In this document: piece by piece, positions 4,704-6,066 of the stretch
Position numbering within the stretch: the first letter of the stretch is position 1
How the letters are laid out: the number at the start of each line of letters is the position of its first letter
DNA from: a virus
DNA length: 6,066 nt
Strand: one strand, 5' to 3'
Virus record (IMG/VR): IMGVR_UViG_3300045988_001510
Coordinates: 1-6,066 of that record
Translations under genes and position numbers: made by a program
Notes under the pieces: generated by a model
What the model was told of the DNA's origin: nothing
Seen by the model: only the letters and a program-made list of their open reading frames with translations
The model's database searches: none

Positions 4704-6066
4704 TTAATAAGGTAAACCATTTCTATCCAAGTTCTGTACGGCATATACTTGGAAATTAACATTACAGAGCAACTGGTCAAACGCAACAGAACAGTTAGCA
4801 GCATCAATTTGAGGAACGAATATAGAATTCAGCTGTTGAGGACGAACCTTCATAGACTGATAAGACCAAGCACCAGCGGAAGTCAATACTTGCCAGCCAT
4901 CAAGAGGAGCAGCCCAAGACTGATAAGCAGCACCAGCACGGAATCCAGCGTGAACGGTATCAATATTAGATTTCCACTGCCAATAACGAAGGTTATAACC
5001 AAGAGAACCGGAAACATTACGGCCTGGGTTATTCTGAAGATTCAGAGCAGGAACGGCCTGCATACCAAGCTGATCAAATGCAGGTTGCGGGAAGTCAGAT
5101 ATAGCGGTCACAGTCAACTGAGGAGCCTGACCAGTCAAATTCCAATCCAGCATAGGTACAGCATGATATACACACATAATCACCTGATGTTCAGCGCCAC
5201 AGTCATAAGTAATAGTATGTCCGGAATTACTGGATACACCTTTACCGGCAATAGAAGCCTGAGAAGAATCAGTATCAAGGTTGGTATTGACTACTTCATT
5301 AATGTTAATGACACTAGACCAACCTCCAATATAATGTGCATGGTTACCCATGTATTCGGGGGCTTTAATACCAAACTGGGCAGCCATTTGGTCTGAATAG
5401 TCCTTGCTGGAAAATTGAACTACTTCTTTCCAACGCTGGAGGTATTCTGTGGCACGGATTGAAAGGGCAGAAAGATCTGAATTAAGAACAACAGTACGAT
5501 TAGAAGAAGCAGAATTTTCGGTTTGGAGGGAAGTAGTGGAAGAAGGATTAGATACCTGCGCAGGAGTACCAGCACCAGCAGAAACAACATAAGAAGATGG
5601 CAAATCACCACGATAGACACTAGGCAAAAGAGCCACCGAACCATACTGAGAAGAAGGAAGCATACCCATAAAGTAGTCTTTCGGATAGTTAGCATAGCGA
5701 AGTTGAACCATGTCCGTAACCAATCCAATATTACCAGCACCGGACCAATAGTCTACATTATAGGCATAAGCCTTATGCTTTTCCCACTGAGAGTTACTGA
5801 AGAAATCATAATAGATTTTCTGATAAGCAAGGAACGGAAGAGCATTGACAGTCTGCGAAGTCTGATAAACCAAAGGGTTATCAGCGTCACCAAGGGCATC
5901 AACACCTAGATATTTCTTAGTAATAGCAGCCTTACCTGTATTTTTAGACTCAATCATAGAACCATAACCAAGCATATCAAGCAACTTACAAGAACCATAG
6001 ACAATAGGGAGGCCTGCATCGTCACGAGTGTTAGGCTGATCACCGGCATTAGCCGTCTGAAGAAAC
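4704..6066 (-). CDS. VP1: Major capsid protein VP1, C-terminal 435 codons plus stop. The unique part is 4704..6011; 6012..6066 duplicates 1..55.
   Basis: The frame is open from the TAA stop (4704..4706) to the right window edge. The M listed at 5984 in the ORF track is an internal TTG (Leu) codon; the upstream residues read ...DDAGLPIVYGSCKLLDMLGYGS. 6011-4704+1 = 1308 nt = 436 codons, which with the 142 N-terminal codons gives a 577-aa protein, typical for microvirus VP1. It is the largest ORF in the genome, and its composition fits a jelly-roll capsid protein with long loop insertions. Confidence 0.9.
   Translation of the reverse strand, partial: FLQTANAGDQPNTRDDAGLPIVYGSCKLLDMLGYGSMIESKNTGKAAITKKYLGVDALGDADNPLVYQTSQTVNALPFLAYQKIYYDFFSNSQWEKHKAYAYNVDYWSGAGNIGLVTDMVQLRYANYPKDYFMGMLPSSQYGSVALLPSVYRGDLPSSYVVSAGAGTPAQVSNPSSTTSLQTENSASSNRTVVLNSDLSALSIRATEYLQRWKEVVQFSSKDYSDQMAAQFGIKAPEYMGNHAHYIGGWSSVININEVVNTNLDTDSSQASIAGKGVSSNSGHTITYDCGAEHQVIMCVYHAVPMLDWNLTGQAPQLTVTAISDFPQPAFDQLGMQAVPALNLQNNPGRNVSGSLGYNLRYWQWKSNIDTVHAGFRAGAAYQSWAAPLDGWQVLTSAGAWSYQSMKVRPQQLNSIFVPQIDAANCSVAFDQLLCNVNFQVYAVQNLDRNGLPY
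6012..6066. repeat. Terminal direct repeat, copy 2 (redundant copy of 1..55).
   Basis: Exact 55/55 identity with 1..55 by direct comparison. Confidence 0.95.

Noticed and set aside
499-5740. Same-strand alternative-frame ORFs, given the phiX174 precedent for overprinted genes. They include a 183-aa ORF inside rep (958..1509), the 126-aa hydrophobic ORF spanning ORF64 (2433..2813), and 499..693, 697..954, 1576..1833, 3130..3387, 3817..4038, 4239..4427 and 5420..5740.
   Set aside because: All of them lie in the same +1 frame relative to their host gene. In that frame the middle codon base is the T-rich third position of the real codons, which both suppresses stops (TAA, TAG and TGA have a purine in the middle) and yields Leu/Ile/Phe/Val-rich pseudo-hydrophobic peptides, exactly what is seen. 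The 183-aa ORF would also overprint the most constrained HUH and Tyr motifs of Rep. Only the last 27 codons of the 126-aa frame (2433..2516) lie outside another gene and have a different composition; I kept those as a feature. Synonymous-site conservation analysis in relatives could revisit this.
1607-5909. Eight plus-strand ORFs of 75-215 aa (1607..1852, 1880..2107, 2179..2460, 3143..3547, 4016..4246, 4393..4707, 4749..5396, 5523..5909) that might suggest antisense genes.
   Set aside because: Each one starts at a coordinate congruent modulo 3 with the codon boundaries of the minus-strand gene it overlaps; I checked all eight. They are therefore exact codon-for-codon mirror frames. A stop there requires TTA, CTA or TCA in the real gene, so long openings simply reflect local codon usage. 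Their translations are low-complexity (I/R/S/N/T-rich), and none has a promoter-like context.
1-6066. Looked for an integrase, transposase, toxin-antitoxin genes or host flanking DNA that would indicate a prophage or a defence island.
   Set aside because: The window closes on itself as a 6011-nt circle, and all coding capacity is accounted for by microvirus genes plus the small accessory ORFs. No recombinase-sized ORF exists in any frame.

Overview
The window is one complete circular ssDNA microvirus genome (family Microviridae, gokushovirus/alpavirus-like), shown as the complement of the coding (viral) strand. Bases 1..55 recur exactly at 6012..6066, so the circle is 6011 nt and the window is an assembly with a 55-nt terminal overlap. 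All credible genes lie on the minus strand. In viral-sense order they are: a Bacteroides-type promoter (2780..2750), orphan ORF64 (2700..2506), a 27-codon transmembrane micro-ORF (2516..2433), an M15-family zinc peptidase (2436..2128), HUH replication initiator VP4 (2125..446), major capsid VP1 (426..1 joined to 6011..4704, 577 aa, crossing the window junction), acidic ORF146 (4692..4252), and pilot/minor capsid protein VP2 (4252..3149). A 448-nt non-coding, locally GC-rich, hairpin-dense region (3148..2701) closes the circle. Gene junctions are tight (ATGA and TAATG overlaps, gaps of 2, 11 and 19 nt) and lack Shine-Dalgarno motifs. The most interesting feature is a holin-endolysin-like pair: the TM micro-ORF is translationally coupled to a cell-wall peptidase, in a phage family whose characterised lysis mechanism is a single-gene amurin. 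Other leads are the structured non-coding region (candidate origin, terminator or recombination site), a 10-nt identity to the phiX174 origin core on the viral strand inside rep, and a GGTGCGCA dif-like half-site beside a hairpin. All plus-strand ORFs and all same-strand alternative-frame ORFs in the supplied track are explained as codon-register or composition artefacts. No homology searches were possible, so family assignments rest on motifs I recognised by eye.
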